64,000 nt of DNA from the NCBI GenBank assembly GCA_943356745.1, contig CALRFT010000004.1, positions 16,269-80,268 of the forward strand, read 5' to 3'. The stretch's first letter is position 1; each line of letters begins with the position of its first letter. The notes beneath the pieces were generated by a model, which did no database searches, was not told the origin of the DNA, and worked only from the letters and a program-made list of their open reading frames with translations. Positions 1 to 9,131 of the stretch are shown piece by piece. Both the position numbers and the translations under genes were made by a program. The stretch comes from Parcubacteria group bacterium. Its GTDB lineage: Bacteria; Patescibacteriota; Minisyncoccia; Phycocordibacterales; CSBR16-119.

Positions 1-454
1 CCATTTCTTCAGTCTTATTTTTAGGTCCGCCTGGTAAAAATTTACTAATAATACTACTAGAACTATTAATAGGTGCTGTATCATACGGAACCACAACGAA
101 GAAATGTTTTGTCATGATATCGTTTATTTCCATAAAACTTTTGATAAATTCAATATATTCTCTTGTTTGAATTTTCAAAAGTGGCTCTTGTTGTTCTCTC
201 ATTCTTGCTTCCAATTTTGCAATATAAGGACGAATGTTTCTTTTTCGAGACTGAATAACAATTTGAGTTTGAAAATCAATAGTATTAAGGAAATTTTGAA
301 ATTGCATAAGAGTCGCCTGCTGTTCCTCTTCCGACTTAAGCCCAAGGTTAATTGAGGAAGCCATAAGAATAGCTCTCAAAGAATCATCTTTGAGAACGAT
401 GATTCCATCTTTGATTTCTTTAATTGGTACAAAATTTTGTGAATTATTTGACAT
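1..454 (-). CDS. 5' part of a VirB4/TrbE-like conjugation ATPase (partial; runs off the left edge). It starts at the ATG at 452-454 and is not in the ORF track because it has no in-window stop.
   Basis: Hand translation of the minus strand from 454 gives MSNNSQNFVPIKEIKDGIIVLKDDSLRAILMASSINLGLKSEEEQQATLMQFQNFLNTIDFQTQIVIQSRKRNIRPYIAKLEARMREQQEPLLKIQTREYIEFIKSF... The open frame continues to position 1. The N-terminal motif (PIKEI.DG.I.LKDGSLRAIL) and the position directly downstream of a PrgI-family gene fit the PrgI-PrgJ (VirB3-VirB4) order of Gram-positive / CPR type IV systems. Confidence 0.5.
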   Translation of the reverse strand, partial: MSNNSQNFVPIKEIKDGIIVLKDDSLRAILMASSINLGLKSEEEQQATLMQFQNFLNTIDFQTQIVIQSRKRNIRPYIAKLEARMREQQEPLLKIQTREYIEFIKSFMEINDIMTKHFFVVVPYDTAPINSSSSIISKFLPGGPKNKTEEM

Positions 455-459
455 AGTTT

Positions 460-924
460 TTATTGACCTTTTTCCTTCATATCAAGAATATCAAGACTCC
501 ATGAAAGATCTCCTAGTTTTGACTCTGTAAGTCTTGGAAGCTTACTTTTTATTTCAACAGGCTCTTCTTGTTTTTTAATTTCTTCTTTCTTTTCTGGTAA
601 TTTTTTCCAAATATATAATTTTGATTGGAAAGCGTAGAATATAAAAGCTTGCAATGTAAAAACAAACGGTTTTCCGTTTACCTTATAAAAGGTAAGTGCA
701 ATAGCAAGTACGACGATACCTATAGCGATTGGTAGTGCAATGAAAACGGGTAGAAGTTTATAAAGAGTAAACGCAAGACCCGCACCTCCCGCAAGGTACA
801 TAAATTGTTTAAAGGTAAATGGCCCAATAACCTTATCTTCTATATCAATAAATTGAGGCACAATAAACTGCATGCTATAAGTATACCAAGGAAACAAAAA
901 AAATATAAAGAATATCTTCCACAT
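460..924 (-). CDS. PrgI-family (VirB3-like) small membrane protein of a type IV secretion system.
   Basis: The motif VPQFIDIEDKVIGPFTFKQFMYLAGGAG followed by two transmembrane helices is the signature N-terminus of PrgI-family proteins. It lies immediately upstream of the VirB4-like gene. The true start may be the internal ATG (MQFIVPQF, about 873). Confidence 0.6.
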   Translation of the reverse strand: MWKIFFIFFLFPWYTYSMQFIVPQFIDIEDKVIGPFTFKQFMYLAGGAGLAFTLYKLLPVFIALPIAIGIVVLAIALTFYKVNGKPFVFTLQAFIFYAFQSKLYIWKKLPEKKEEIKKQEEPVEIKSKLPRLTESKLGDLSWSLDILDMKEKGQ

Positions 925-958
925 AAAACAAAAAGACTCTTATATGAGTCTTTTTGTT

Positions 959-1732
959 TTATGTTATAGGTTCCCTATAAGGATCAGTTCCTTGATATAT
1001 AGGTGTTCTTGATTCTGTAATTTTATTTTGTGCTATTTCTGTTTTTGCACTTGGTAAGTCAGCAAGATTTATATCAGAACCAATAATATTTTGCTTTTGA
1101 AATTCTTCTTTTTGAATAACAGGTAATGGTTCTTTTTGCTCAGTATTTTTTAGAATATCCTGAAAACTGACAGTGGTTGTAGGTTTTGGGGTATTTTGTT
1201 TTTTAATACTAAGAGGACTTGAAAGGATTGGTTGATTTGTTGTTTCTTCTACTATTTTTTCTTGACTAGAAACAAATTGAGATTTTTCAGGAATCATCTG
1301 TTCTTCTTCTAAATCAAGAGAGACGCCGTGTTTTCTTAGTTCATCCTCTTCTCGAGAATGAAGACCAGACACAGTCTTATTTTCATTAACATTTTCTAAT
1401 GTTTCTTCTCTTATCCTTGTTTGTTTGAGATGATTTCTTATTGGTTCAAATATCTCTCTATTTATATCAAGAATCATAAGATCCATAATCTGCCTTGTGA
1501 TACTAGCCTCTCTCATTGTTTCTTTCACAAATTCATCACGACCAACAAGTCCAAGTACCGCGAGAGAAAGTTCTGTTTGAAGTACTTCAAGTTGATCAAC
1601 ATGAAGACCATATCTTCGCCCAATATCCAAAATTTTTCGTTCCCAAGAAGAACCATGAATAGCTTCCTGCACATCGTGCGGAAGCGTTTTCATATGTTGG
1701 TCTATAGTATTTTTAAGAGTTAGATCTATCAT
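959..1732 (-). CDS. Hypothetical protein: a globular N-terminal ~100 aa followed by a long E/K/Q/T/P-rich disordered tail. Part of the T4SS-like operon.
   Basis: 257-aa ORF co-directional with and tightly spaced from its neighbours. No family recognised. Confidence 0.55.
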   Translation of the reverse strand: MIDLTLKNTIDQHMKTLPHDVQEAIHGSSWERKILDIGRRYGLHVDQLEVLQTELSLAVLGLVGRDEFVKETMREASITRQIMDLMILDINREIFEPIRNHLKQTRIREETLENVNENKTVSGLHSREEDELRKHGVSLDLEEEQMIPEKSQFVSSQEKIVEETTNQPILSSPLSIKKQNTPKPTTTVSFQDILKNTEQKEPLPVIQKEEFQKQNIIGSDINLADLPSAKTEIAQNKITESRTPIYQGTDPYREPIT

Positions 1733-1754
1733 GCTAATGATTAAACTATATTAT

Positions 1755-4151
1755 TTACTTTTTATCTTTATTTTTTTCATCTGCTTCATTCTTTTTATCC
1801 TGCTGATAGGCAAGATCCTCAACAGCATCTGAAGCCTCCCCAGCCCGTCTTCTAGGATCAAAAGAATCTATACTATCTGAATAATTGCGATAATGTTCTG
1901 ATTTCTGTTTCCCTAATACAGACTGAGCTTCTTTATACATACGTTCTTCATCTTTCCACAAAGCTTCAATATTTTTAACTTCTTCATCTTTATCTTCTTT
2001 ATCTTTTTTTATTTTTTCATATTCTTTGGAAATCGTATCGTAATCGCTCTTTGTTATTTTTCCATCAGTGAGTCTTTGTTTTGCATTTTTGTATTCTTTT
2101 TCCTTTTCTTCAAGATCCTTTTTATATTTTTCTTGTGCTTTCTTTTTAGTGCTGTAATCATGCACTGGATCATTTTGAACAGCATATCTCTTTCGTTCAA
2201 ATTCTCTTTTTGTTTCAGAAACAGAAGTTGAAACATCTTTACCAGTTTTATCTTTTACTATTACAGATGTTCCTTCATCAGGTGCAAGCTCTTTAGCTTT
2301 CTTGATTTTATCATCAATAAAAGCCTGTCTTCTTGTTTGGATTCCACCCTTTGTTGTGCCTTTGCCAAAATCAAGACTTTTTACATTTCCGTCTGTTGCA
2401 TAAGAAACGGCAGTATTTGTAAGTGTTCCAATCGGCTTAGGAATTTTCATATTTCGAGCATCGAATGATGATGTTGAAAGATACTTACCACTTCTCTTTG
2501 CAAATCTACCAGCGGCAGTTTTTGTACTTGCGTTATTTGCCATTGCCATTCCAGCCCTTCCTAAAGTTTGTCTACCAAGAAAAGCTGCACCCCCAAGCGC
2601 AAACCCAGCAGTGCCAAGAGCTGCGACACTTGCATATTTCAAACCTTTACCAACAAAATCACCGAACTCACCCGCAGCACTTTTTGCTGTATCTTTTGCT
2701 GTTTTTAGAAGAAACAAAACTGCTCCAAGTGGTATAAGAACAGCCATAATAAGATGAATAGTAGACGAGCTTTCTTCGTTTACAGTAAGATTAAAAATCG
2801 TTGTAAAACCAACATTTATGAACATGATTGTGAGATACAAGAAAAACATAAACACCACAACCATAAAAGAAAGCCTTAAAGTTCTACTAATCCAATCAGA
2901 GAAACCATATTTAGGTATTTTAAGAAATGGAATACTTACTGAAGCAAAAGCAAGTGGAGACATTATCATCATAATCCAAAGCCCTAAAGTTCTTCCGATA
3001 AGAAAGATAGACACGCTAATAAATATCCAAACAAGCGCGAGATTAACAGCAGAAGCCATAATGATAATAAATATCAAAAAACCAGCTCCAACTTCAAATC
3101 CTTGACCAGCACTACTATCTCCAACTCCTTGAAGTGTTCCGAGTGTGTTTTGTTGGGTTGCTGCATCTGTTGCAGTTGCTCGGTATTTTTTGGTAAACAT
3201 TTGTTCTGTAAGTAATTTTTGAGGGTTTACAATAGCAACAAGACCTGCAGAAAGAGTTTTATATTGAGTTATATTTGCCTGATCATCATTTTCAATAATA
3301 ATTTTTTCATAAAATACTCTTCCAAGAATATTTCCAGCGTCAATAATTATACGAGTAGCAAAAAGACTGAAATTTATAACAATAGCAATAAGTATTATTC
3401 TTGTTACAGTTCTCGCCATGTCAGCTTTTTGAGCATTAATAATGTATCGGATCGCAACATATAGAAGAATAAAGATAAAAGAAACATTTACTAAGTCTCT
3501 TAAAATTCTCCAACCTTGTTCAACAAATCCTCCCGAATCATAAGATTCTGAGTTAAGAGTGAAAGCAATAAAATAATCAAAAATTTGCCCAGCCGTCGCA
3601 GCAAGCCAAGAAGTTGGGTATAGAAGAATATAATAGAAAAGTCTAACAAAACAACCTTCTATTGTTCCAGCTGAATCAGGTAGTATTCCACAAGCGGGAA
3701 GCGGTGAATCAGCAGACTGAAAGCCTCCCCCCGTTTGGGTAAGTGTTTGATTTGTTCCATTTCCTACATTAGGGCTAGGATTAGTTCCTGTTTGATTACT
3801 AGAATCGGCTTGTTCACCATCAACAGAGACAATACTTGTTTGTGGAGGTATATTAAAAGGGTGACTTCCGTTTACCAATACAATAGAACCAGGCGGAAAC
3901 AAAACTGGTTGGTAAGGAGCTTCTGAATACCACAAACCATTCGATGTTTGACCGTTACTGGGATTTTGGGAAGTGGCTCCTGAATTTACAACGTGATTAT
4001 GGTTTGTTGCAGTAAATTCTCCTTGCACATGAGCATAAGAGACTCGAAAAGAAAGTAAAGAAAAAACCAACCCTACAACAAGAGGTGAGAATATTAGTAA
4101 AAATTTCTTGAGCTTTATACACATACTCTTTAAATATAAATAGTATATCAT
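1755..4151 (-). CDS. Large polytopic membrane protein, VirB6/TrbL-like candidate. It has a signal peptide, an N/S/G/T/P-rich ectodomain with Cys, at least 8 transmembrane helices and a K/E/D-rich cytoplasmic tail.
   Basis: 798-aa ORF. The arrangement (variable extracytoplasmic N-region, central multi-TM block, charged C-tail) matches VirB6/TrbL-type channel components. The start is possibly the internal M (MCIKLKK, about 4124). Confidence 0.5.
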   Translation of the reverse strand: MIYYLYLKSMCIKLKKFLLIFSPLVVGLVFSLLSFRVSYAHVQGEFTATNHNHVVNSGATSQNPSNGQTSNGLWYSEAPYQPVLFPPGSIVLVNGSHPFNIPPQTSIVSVDGEQADSSNQTGTNPSPNVGNGTNQTLTQTGGGFQSADSPLPACGILPDSAGTIEGCFVRLFYYILLYPTSWLAATAGQIFDYFIAFTLNSESYDSGGFVEQGWRILRDLVNVSFIFILLYVAIRYIINAQKADMARTVTRIILIAIVINFSLFATRIIIDAGNILGRVFYEKIIIENDDQANITQYKTLSAGLVAIVNPQKLLTEQMFTKKYRATATDAATQQNTLGTLQGVGDSSAGQGFEVGAGFLIFIIIMASAVNLALVWIFISVSIFLIGRTLGLWIMMIMSPLAFASVSIPFLKIPKYGFSDWISRTLRLSFMVVVFMFFLYLTIMFINVGFTTIFNLTVNEESSSTIHLIMAVLIPLGAVLFLLKTAKDTAKSAAGEFGDFVGKGLKYASVAALGTAGFALGGAAFLGRQTLGRAGMAMANNASTKTAAGRFAKRSGKYLSTSSFDARNMKIPKPIGTLTNTAVSYATDGNVKSLDFGKGTTKGGIQTRRQAFIDDKIKKAKELAPDEGTSVIVKDKTGKDVSTSVSETKREFERKRYAVQNDPVHDYSTKKKAQEKYKKDLEEKEKEYKNAKQRLTDGKITKSDYDTISKEYEKIKKDKEDKDEEVKNIEALWKDEERMYKEAQSVLGKQKSEHYRNYSDSIDSFDPRRRAGEASDAVEDLAYQQDKKNEADEKNKDKK

Positions 4152-4183
4152 TTATTTTTTATTTTTTTTGTGCAAAACAAAAC

Positions 4184-4209
4184 AAAAAAACCACACAAGG
4201 TGGTTTTTT
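4184..4209 (-). terminator. Intra-operon hairpin with A/T flanks (A7-CCACACAAGGTGG-T6), a bidirectional terminator/attenuator between the 936-aa gene and the VirB6-like gene.
   Basis: Inverted repeat flanked by A-run and T-run in the 61-bp spacer 4152-4212. Confidence 0.5.
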
Positions 4210-4212
4210 GTT

Positions 4213-7023
4213 TTAATAAAAGTTTTGTCCAATATTAATAAATCTGTCCTCAAAAAACTTAACAGTATTTGATTCATTAACACCATTTCCAATATCATCT
4301 GCCGGTATCATTGGTAATGTTAAGTGTGTAGCACTTTGTTGATTGTCATGCTCTATTCCAATATCTTCAAGAAATGTTTCTGTTGTCGGGAGAGAAAGTA
4401 GCCCAGGAATATCATTTGAAAGTGGAAAAGGATATGGTCGCCTTTCTTCGAAACCGTTAAAGTTTGGTTGATTTACTTGCTGTATACAAGAATATGTCAA
4501 ACCAATCAAACTATTTTGATCCGAAGGATTACCAATTTTCTCCAGAGCTTCTCCTGTTTCAAATATAACAGCATCGAGTTGAGATTCAAATACTGTATTA
4601 GGTAACAATTGAACTAACTCTTGGAGAATTGGTTGATATCCAGGATAAGTACTCGGTGGAACTACTGGTTGTCCAACCTCGGCAGTAAGCGCAATCACTG
4701 CATTATGATATGGCGTATTTTCTTCATTAGAAGATATATATGTTACAGCAGCATCTGAAAACGCTTGAAATGTTTGAAGATTATCTTGTAGTGTTTGAAT
4801 CCCTTGTTGATTCACAGCAGTTTGTAACCACTCAACAATATAATCTCTTTCTATATCTGCATATTCTTCTCGAAGCTCGATCAGGTTATTAAGATTTTGT
4901 TGAACAACAGTTAGACTATTTTCGTAGGCGATAATTGACTGATTAATAGTTCCAAGATCAAAGAAATATTCATATGCAAGTCCTCTAACATTACCCGAAA
5001 AGTCATTAGCTAAAATAAATCTTTGATTTATAAAAGAAGCATAATCTGAAAATAAATCAAATAACATAGGCAAAGTTTGTGAATCTCGACTAATAATATT
5101 ACCTCCTAAATTTCCTGATAGACCAGTGAAGTAGAATATTAGACTTTCATATATATCATGAAGATAATCTTCTATAACATCTGGATTATTTGTTGACAAG
5201 AAAGTCCCTATGACAGCGAGTCCGGGTAGAAATAAAGCAGGAGTAATTTGAATCCATGAACTTTGTGCATAACTTTCATATGCAGGCAACGCAAGAAATG
5301 CTTCACTTAAAGATTCAGAAGAAACTGATTGCCATGAAGGATTTGGTCCAGGAATGCAGTAATCAAGATCCAAGGTTCTTTGAAAAACTTCAGTTTGAAG
5401 TGCTATTAATGATTGAACATCTTCTATATATTGTTCCTGTATCGGTATGAGACCAGAAAAGTCCTCCTCACCACTACCTAAACTTCCGTTAATTGCCTCA
5501 ATAAAAGAAACGGTATCTGGTTGTTGTCCTGGATTCTCACCATTCACCTGTTGTAAGACAACATTATTTGGATTGTCTTCAGTAAACGCAGCAACACCTT
5601 CATTAACAAGTTGTAGTAGGAGAGCATCAAATATTAATCCAAGATTTTCATTAAATTCATCAACAAGTAAAAGTTGTTCTTGTGGATTTGCTATTGCACG
5701 AGTCAAACTATCTGCAATTTGATTACCTGGAGTAACAGTCCTCCAGTTAAGACAATTACTTCTTTGGCGGTAATCTTCAGCTATTTCTAGAACAAGTGGT
5801 ATATCATCGATACACTCTCCATTTGAATCTTCTTCTCCATCACCATCTGTATCAAATGGCACGTCGCACGAAGTAAGAAACATGTAAGTGTCGGTTGGAA
5901 TTTGGTTGATGTTTGTTATTGTTCCAACGTTTGTTGGTATATGCCGGATATGATTTCTAGGAATATACTCGCCGCCATTTTGAGTTTGTGTACAAACCTT
6001 TTGTGACAAAAATCCTGAACCTTCTTGTAGCTCAGCTTGAATATTAATTGCTTGTGAACTAAAGGTTCCTTGAAGATTCCTCTGCAAATTAGCACTTGAT
6101 TCAATATATGAACCGAAAATATTATTATTTGGTTCCAGAAATGCGGTATAACCGGCCCAGCCACCAATTGAAAAATTTTGCTCCCACTCCACACGTGTGC
6201 CGTGAGCCAAGACAGTATTAAGAGAATTGATCATATTTTGTTCAAAAGTTCTCTGGAAAGAGGTAAGAACTGTTCGAACAAGTGTTTCACCAAAAGGATA
6301 CAGATTTGAATCAGCAGAAAATGTTGCAGAAAAACCAAGAATTTCTTCTATCGCTATAATTGACATGAATTTTTCTCTCTCTTCTAGATAAAGAGCCCCT
6401 CCTTCAAAACCAGAGTTTATCCAGTTTAATGTTGCCAGTGTCATTTTATCCATCACAGTAATTGCTGCCCATTGTGCAATCCGATCAAGACATTCTTCTT
6501 TTATAACCTGTTTTTTAGTTGCCTCATCAATATTTTCTGCCTGTTTCGAATCTTCAACTACTTCAACAGGAACTCCTTGGCCCGCCAAGCCTCCAACAAC
6601 AGGGACTGATGATATCGCACCTTCCAAAGCTTCCTGAGGAGCATCTTGTGCATTTTCAATAAGATTATTTACTGTTCCGCCAATAGCATCTCCAGCAACC
6701 CCTCCAGCAAAAGTTCCAAGCGCTGTTCCAATTTGCTGACCAGTTTCTCCACCAATCGACTGCCCAACAGCACCTCCAGCTGCACCTCCAGCTGCAGAAC
6801 CCACCGCTTGACCGAACGGTGAGTTTCCTCCAAGGTTAGTTGAAACACATTGAAGTGCAACCGCTCCTATTCCTTGGATATTAAGAGAGCTTGTAATACT
6901 TCCACTTCCACCAGCCCCTACCCCTTGAGCTTGAACACTACTATAAGAAAAAGAGAAACAAAGAGAAAACACCACAAAAATAGTAGTTATATTTTTTATG
7001 ATATTGTTAATTTTTGTAAACAT
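4213..7023 (-). CDS. Giant secreted protein (936 aa). It has a signal peptide, a ~120-aa Gly/Ala/Ser-rich low-complexity N-region, then a large globular body. Function unknown; surface or pilus-associated component of the T4SS-like operon.
   Basis: The N-terminus MFTKINNIIKNITTIFVVFSLCFSFSYSSVQAQ is a signal peptide. It is followed by GVGAGGSGS...GGAAGGAVGQSIGGETGQQIGTALGTFAGGVAGDAIGG. The long ORF has uniform codon usage. Confidence 0.7.
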   Translation of the reverse strand: MFTKINNIIKNITTIFVVFSLCFSFSYSSVQAQGVGAGGSGSITSSLNIQGIGAVALQCVSTNLGGNSPFGQAVGSAAGGAAGGAVGQSIGGETGQQIGTALGTFAGGVAGDAIGGTVNNLIENAQDAPQEALEGAISSVPVVGGLAGQGVPVEVVEDSKQAENIDEATKKQVIKEECLDRIAQWAAITVMDKMTLATLNWINSGFEGGALYLEEREKFMSIIAIEEILGFSATFSADSNLYPFGETLVRTVLTSFQRTFEQNMINSLNTVLAHGTRVEWEQNFSIGGWAGYTAFLEPNNNIFGSYIESSANLQRNLQGTFSSQAINIQAELQEGSGFLSQKVCTQTQNGGEYIPRNHIRHIPTNVGTITNINQIPTDTYMFLTSCDVPFDTDGDGEEDSNGECIDDIPLVLEIAEDYRQRSNCLNWRTVTPGNQIADSLTRAIANPQEQLLLVDEFNENLGLIFDALLLQLVNEGVAAFTEDNPNNVVLQQVNGENPGQQPDTVSFIEAINGSLGSGEEDFSGLIPIQEQYIEDVQSLIALQTEVFQRTLDLDYCIPGPNPSWQSVSSESLSEAFLALPAYESYAQSSWIQITPALFLPGLAVIGTFLSTNNPDVIEDYLHDIYESLIFYFTGLSGNLGGNIISRDSQTLPMLFDLFSDYASFINQRFILANDFSGNVRGLAYEYFFDLGTINQSIIAYENSLTVVQQNLNNLIELREEYADIERDYIVEWLQTAVNQQGIQTLQDNLQTFQAFSDAAVTYISSNEENTPYHNAVIALTAEVGQPVVPPSTYPGYQPILQELVQLLPNTVFESQLDAVIFETGEALEKIGNPSDQNSLIGLTYSCIQQVNQPNFNGFEERRPYPFPLSNDIPGLLSLPTTETFLEDIGIEHDNQQSATHLTLPMIPADDIGNGVNESNTVKFFEDRFINIGQNFY

Positions 7024-7028
7024 AATGT

Positions 7029-7943
7029 TTATCTTACAACATTGTTTCTTTGTAAATATTTTCTTATTTCAAGAGAAGATGTATTTAATTTTTCATCTGC
7101 AAGTTTATATTCTTCGACACCTCTCGATGCAATAATAGGATCTTCAAAATATTGCCCCATAGAAATTAAAGCCACGGCTTTTTGTGAAAGTGCATTTATA
7201 TATTCAAGATGAGATTGTGCAATTTGACTTGGAACTTGAACATCCTTAACTTTTTCACCTGCTTGAATATATCCATCAATAATTGGACCTAATTGTTTCA
7301 AAAGCTTTTTGTCTTTTGTTGCAATAGAATGCTCAATAATGAGCAGCTCATTTGAAGGTAGTGTGTCAAGATATACAAGAGCTTGTGACATTTCATTATA
7401 GTACGATTGAGGTGTTGCTTGCGTGCTAATTACAATGTCTCCAAGATCATAAATATTTATAAGTTCTGGATTAATTGAACCCACCACACTTTGTGCAATT
7501 GCTACAATTTGCTCCTGACTCAAATTTCCTCCAGAAGCCTTGTGAATATTCGTTGCAATTATTAACACCTGTCGAGCAATTTTTTCAGTTTCGCTTTCTG
7601 GAATATTTTCAACCTCAACATAATTTTCTAAATTTTTCAAATCTTTTCTTTTTGATTCAACCTCTTGACCATCAAGTAAGCCGTCTCCGTCTGTGTCTGG
7701 ATTCTCTTTATCCATCCCCCATAAAGCCTCTTCCCAATCTCTTAAGCCGTCTCCGTCTGTGTCTGTTTCAAGTATAATTTCTCGAGTTGCAATATTTTGA
7801 ATATTTTGACGAGCTTGATTTTTAGAACCAAAAAACCTTAGAGCAGTAAAAATAACAACACCGACAAGGCATGCGACCCCTATAAAAATAGAGAATTTTT
7901 TACTTGGTAAATATTGTTTAATACTCATACTTATTTTATACAA
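7029..7943 (-). CDS. Membrane-anchored protein with tandem DxDxDGxxD calcium-binding (thrombospondin type-3-like) repeats.
   Basis: N-terminal transmembrane helix (FSIFIGVACLVGVVIFTAL), then ETDTDGDGLRDWEE and ENPDTDGDGLLDGQE. Confidence 0.6.
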   Translation of the reverse strand: MYKISMSIKQYLPSKKFSIFIGVACLVGVVIFTALRFFGSKNQARQNIQNIATREIILETDTDGDGLRDWEEALWGMDKENPDTDGDGLLDGQEVESKRKDLKNLENYVEVENIPESETEKIARQVLIIATNIHKASGGNLSQEQIVAIAQSVVGSINPELINIYDLGDIVISTQATPQSYYNEMSQALVYLDTLPSNELLIIEHSIATKDKKLLKQLGPIIDGYIQAGEKVKDVQVPSQIAQSHLEYINALSQKAVALISMGQYFEDPIIASRGVEEYKLADEKLNTSSLEIRKYLQRNNVVR

Positions 7944-8318
7944 CTAAAGACCTGCTGAGGTTCCGTAAAAATCTGTAACAGTGGTTGGAAATGGAACAGG
8001 TGGGGTCGTTGTAGTAACGCAGGCACCTGGAATCGTAGACATCATTCCAAGAATCCAAGCATTTGGTGTTATAACTCCGATATTAACTCTACCTGGAAGA
8101 GTTGACCAAGGGCCAGGCAAAGAACTTGTGTTTATAGGAGAAATATTAAAGGGACTTGCGATAGAAATACCACACTGAACATTAGGCGGGGTTTTTATTG
8201 TTACTATTTTTCCACCAAATGGAGTCATTGCAAATAAAAGAAAAGGAGTTGAAAATGTAAGTAACCAAAGCACTAATAAAATAAACACTTTTTTTTTCAT
8301 ACATTTGAATTGTAGCAC
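7944..8318 (-). CDS. Small secreted Thr/Pro-rich protein, candidate pilin/VirB2-like subunit.
   Basis: Signal peptide (MKKKVFILLVLWLLTFSTPFLLFA) and about 95 mature residues. It is the first small gene of the T4SS-like operon downstream of rsmA. The start is probably MKKKV (about 8300). Confidence 0.4.
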   Translation of the reverse strand: MLQFKCMKKKVFILLVLWLLTFSTPFLLFAMTPFGGKIVTIKTPPNVQCGISIASPFNISPINTSSLPGPWSTLPGRVNIGVITPNAWILGMMSTIPGACVTTTTPPVPFPTTVTDFYGTSAGL

Positions 8319-8324
8319 ATTATT

Positions 8325-9080
8325 TTAACGCAATTTTTTTGTGAGTAGTGCAAATGTCTCAAGAGGTAAATCTTCTGCTCTTGTTTTTGGATCAATCGAA
8401 AGCTGTTTCAAAACATCTTCTGTATTTTGAAATTCATTTTTAAGATTGTTGTGTATATTTTTTCTTTTAAATTGGAAAGATTTTTTAACCACTCTAAAAA
8501 AATCCTGTTCTGAAAAATCAGAAAAGAAATTCTTTGAAATATCTGCAATGTGAAGTATTGCAGAATCAACCTTTGGAACTGGACTGAAATACTGCTTTGA
8601 AACCTTCATTACAAAACTTGGTTTTCCGTAGGCTTTTACAGAAAGAGACAAAATACTTTCCTTTCCATCACGAGCAACCACGCGCTCAGCAACCTCTTTT
8701 TGAACCAAAAGAGTCATTGAAGATGGTTGTTTTTCCAGACTTAAAAACATCTCCAAAATAGCACCAGTTATGTAGTATGGGATATTTGCAATAACTTTAT
8801 AATGATTAAGGTTTTTAGGATCAAAATCTAAAATGTCTTGTTCTAGCAAAGAAAAATTATCTCTTGTTCCAAATTTTTCTTGAAGGAGTGGTATAAGATC
8901 AGAATCTTTTTCATAAGCAATCACTTGTTTTGCTTTTTCAAGAAGAACTTCTGTAAGAGCACCTTTACCGGGACCAACTTCAATAACGACATCTTCACTT
9001 GATAGTTTTGATGCTTCCGTCATGGTATATATAGCTTTTTTTGACTTTAAGAAGTTTTGTCCAAGAGATTTTTTTGGCAT
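8325..9080 (-). CDS. rsmA: 16S rRNA (adenine1518/1519-N6)-dimethyltransferase.
   Basis: Contains the SLGQNFL motif, the SAM-binding VIEVGPGKGALT motif and the NIPY motif. Confidence 0.9.
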   Translation of the reverse strand: MPKKSLGQNFLKSKKAIYTMTEASKLSSEDVVIEVGPGKGALTEVLLEKAKQVIAYEKDSDLIPLLQEKFGTRDNFSLLEQDILDFDPKNLNHYKVIANIPYYITGAILEMFLSLEKQPSSMTLLVQKEVAERVVARDGKESILSLSVKAYGKPSFVMKVSKQYFSPVPKVDSAILHIADISKNFFSDFSEQDFFRVVKKSFQFKRKNIHNNLKNEFQNTEDVLKQLSIDPKTRAEDLPLETFALLTKKLR

Positions 9081-9131
9081 ATATTATAGAGTATCATAAA
9101 AATAACACTTTCAAAGAAAGTGTTATTTTTG

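Noticed and set aside
104-355. ORF 104..355(+), 83 aa
   Set aside because: It is antisense inside the VirB4-like coding region that runs to the window edge. It has no start context.
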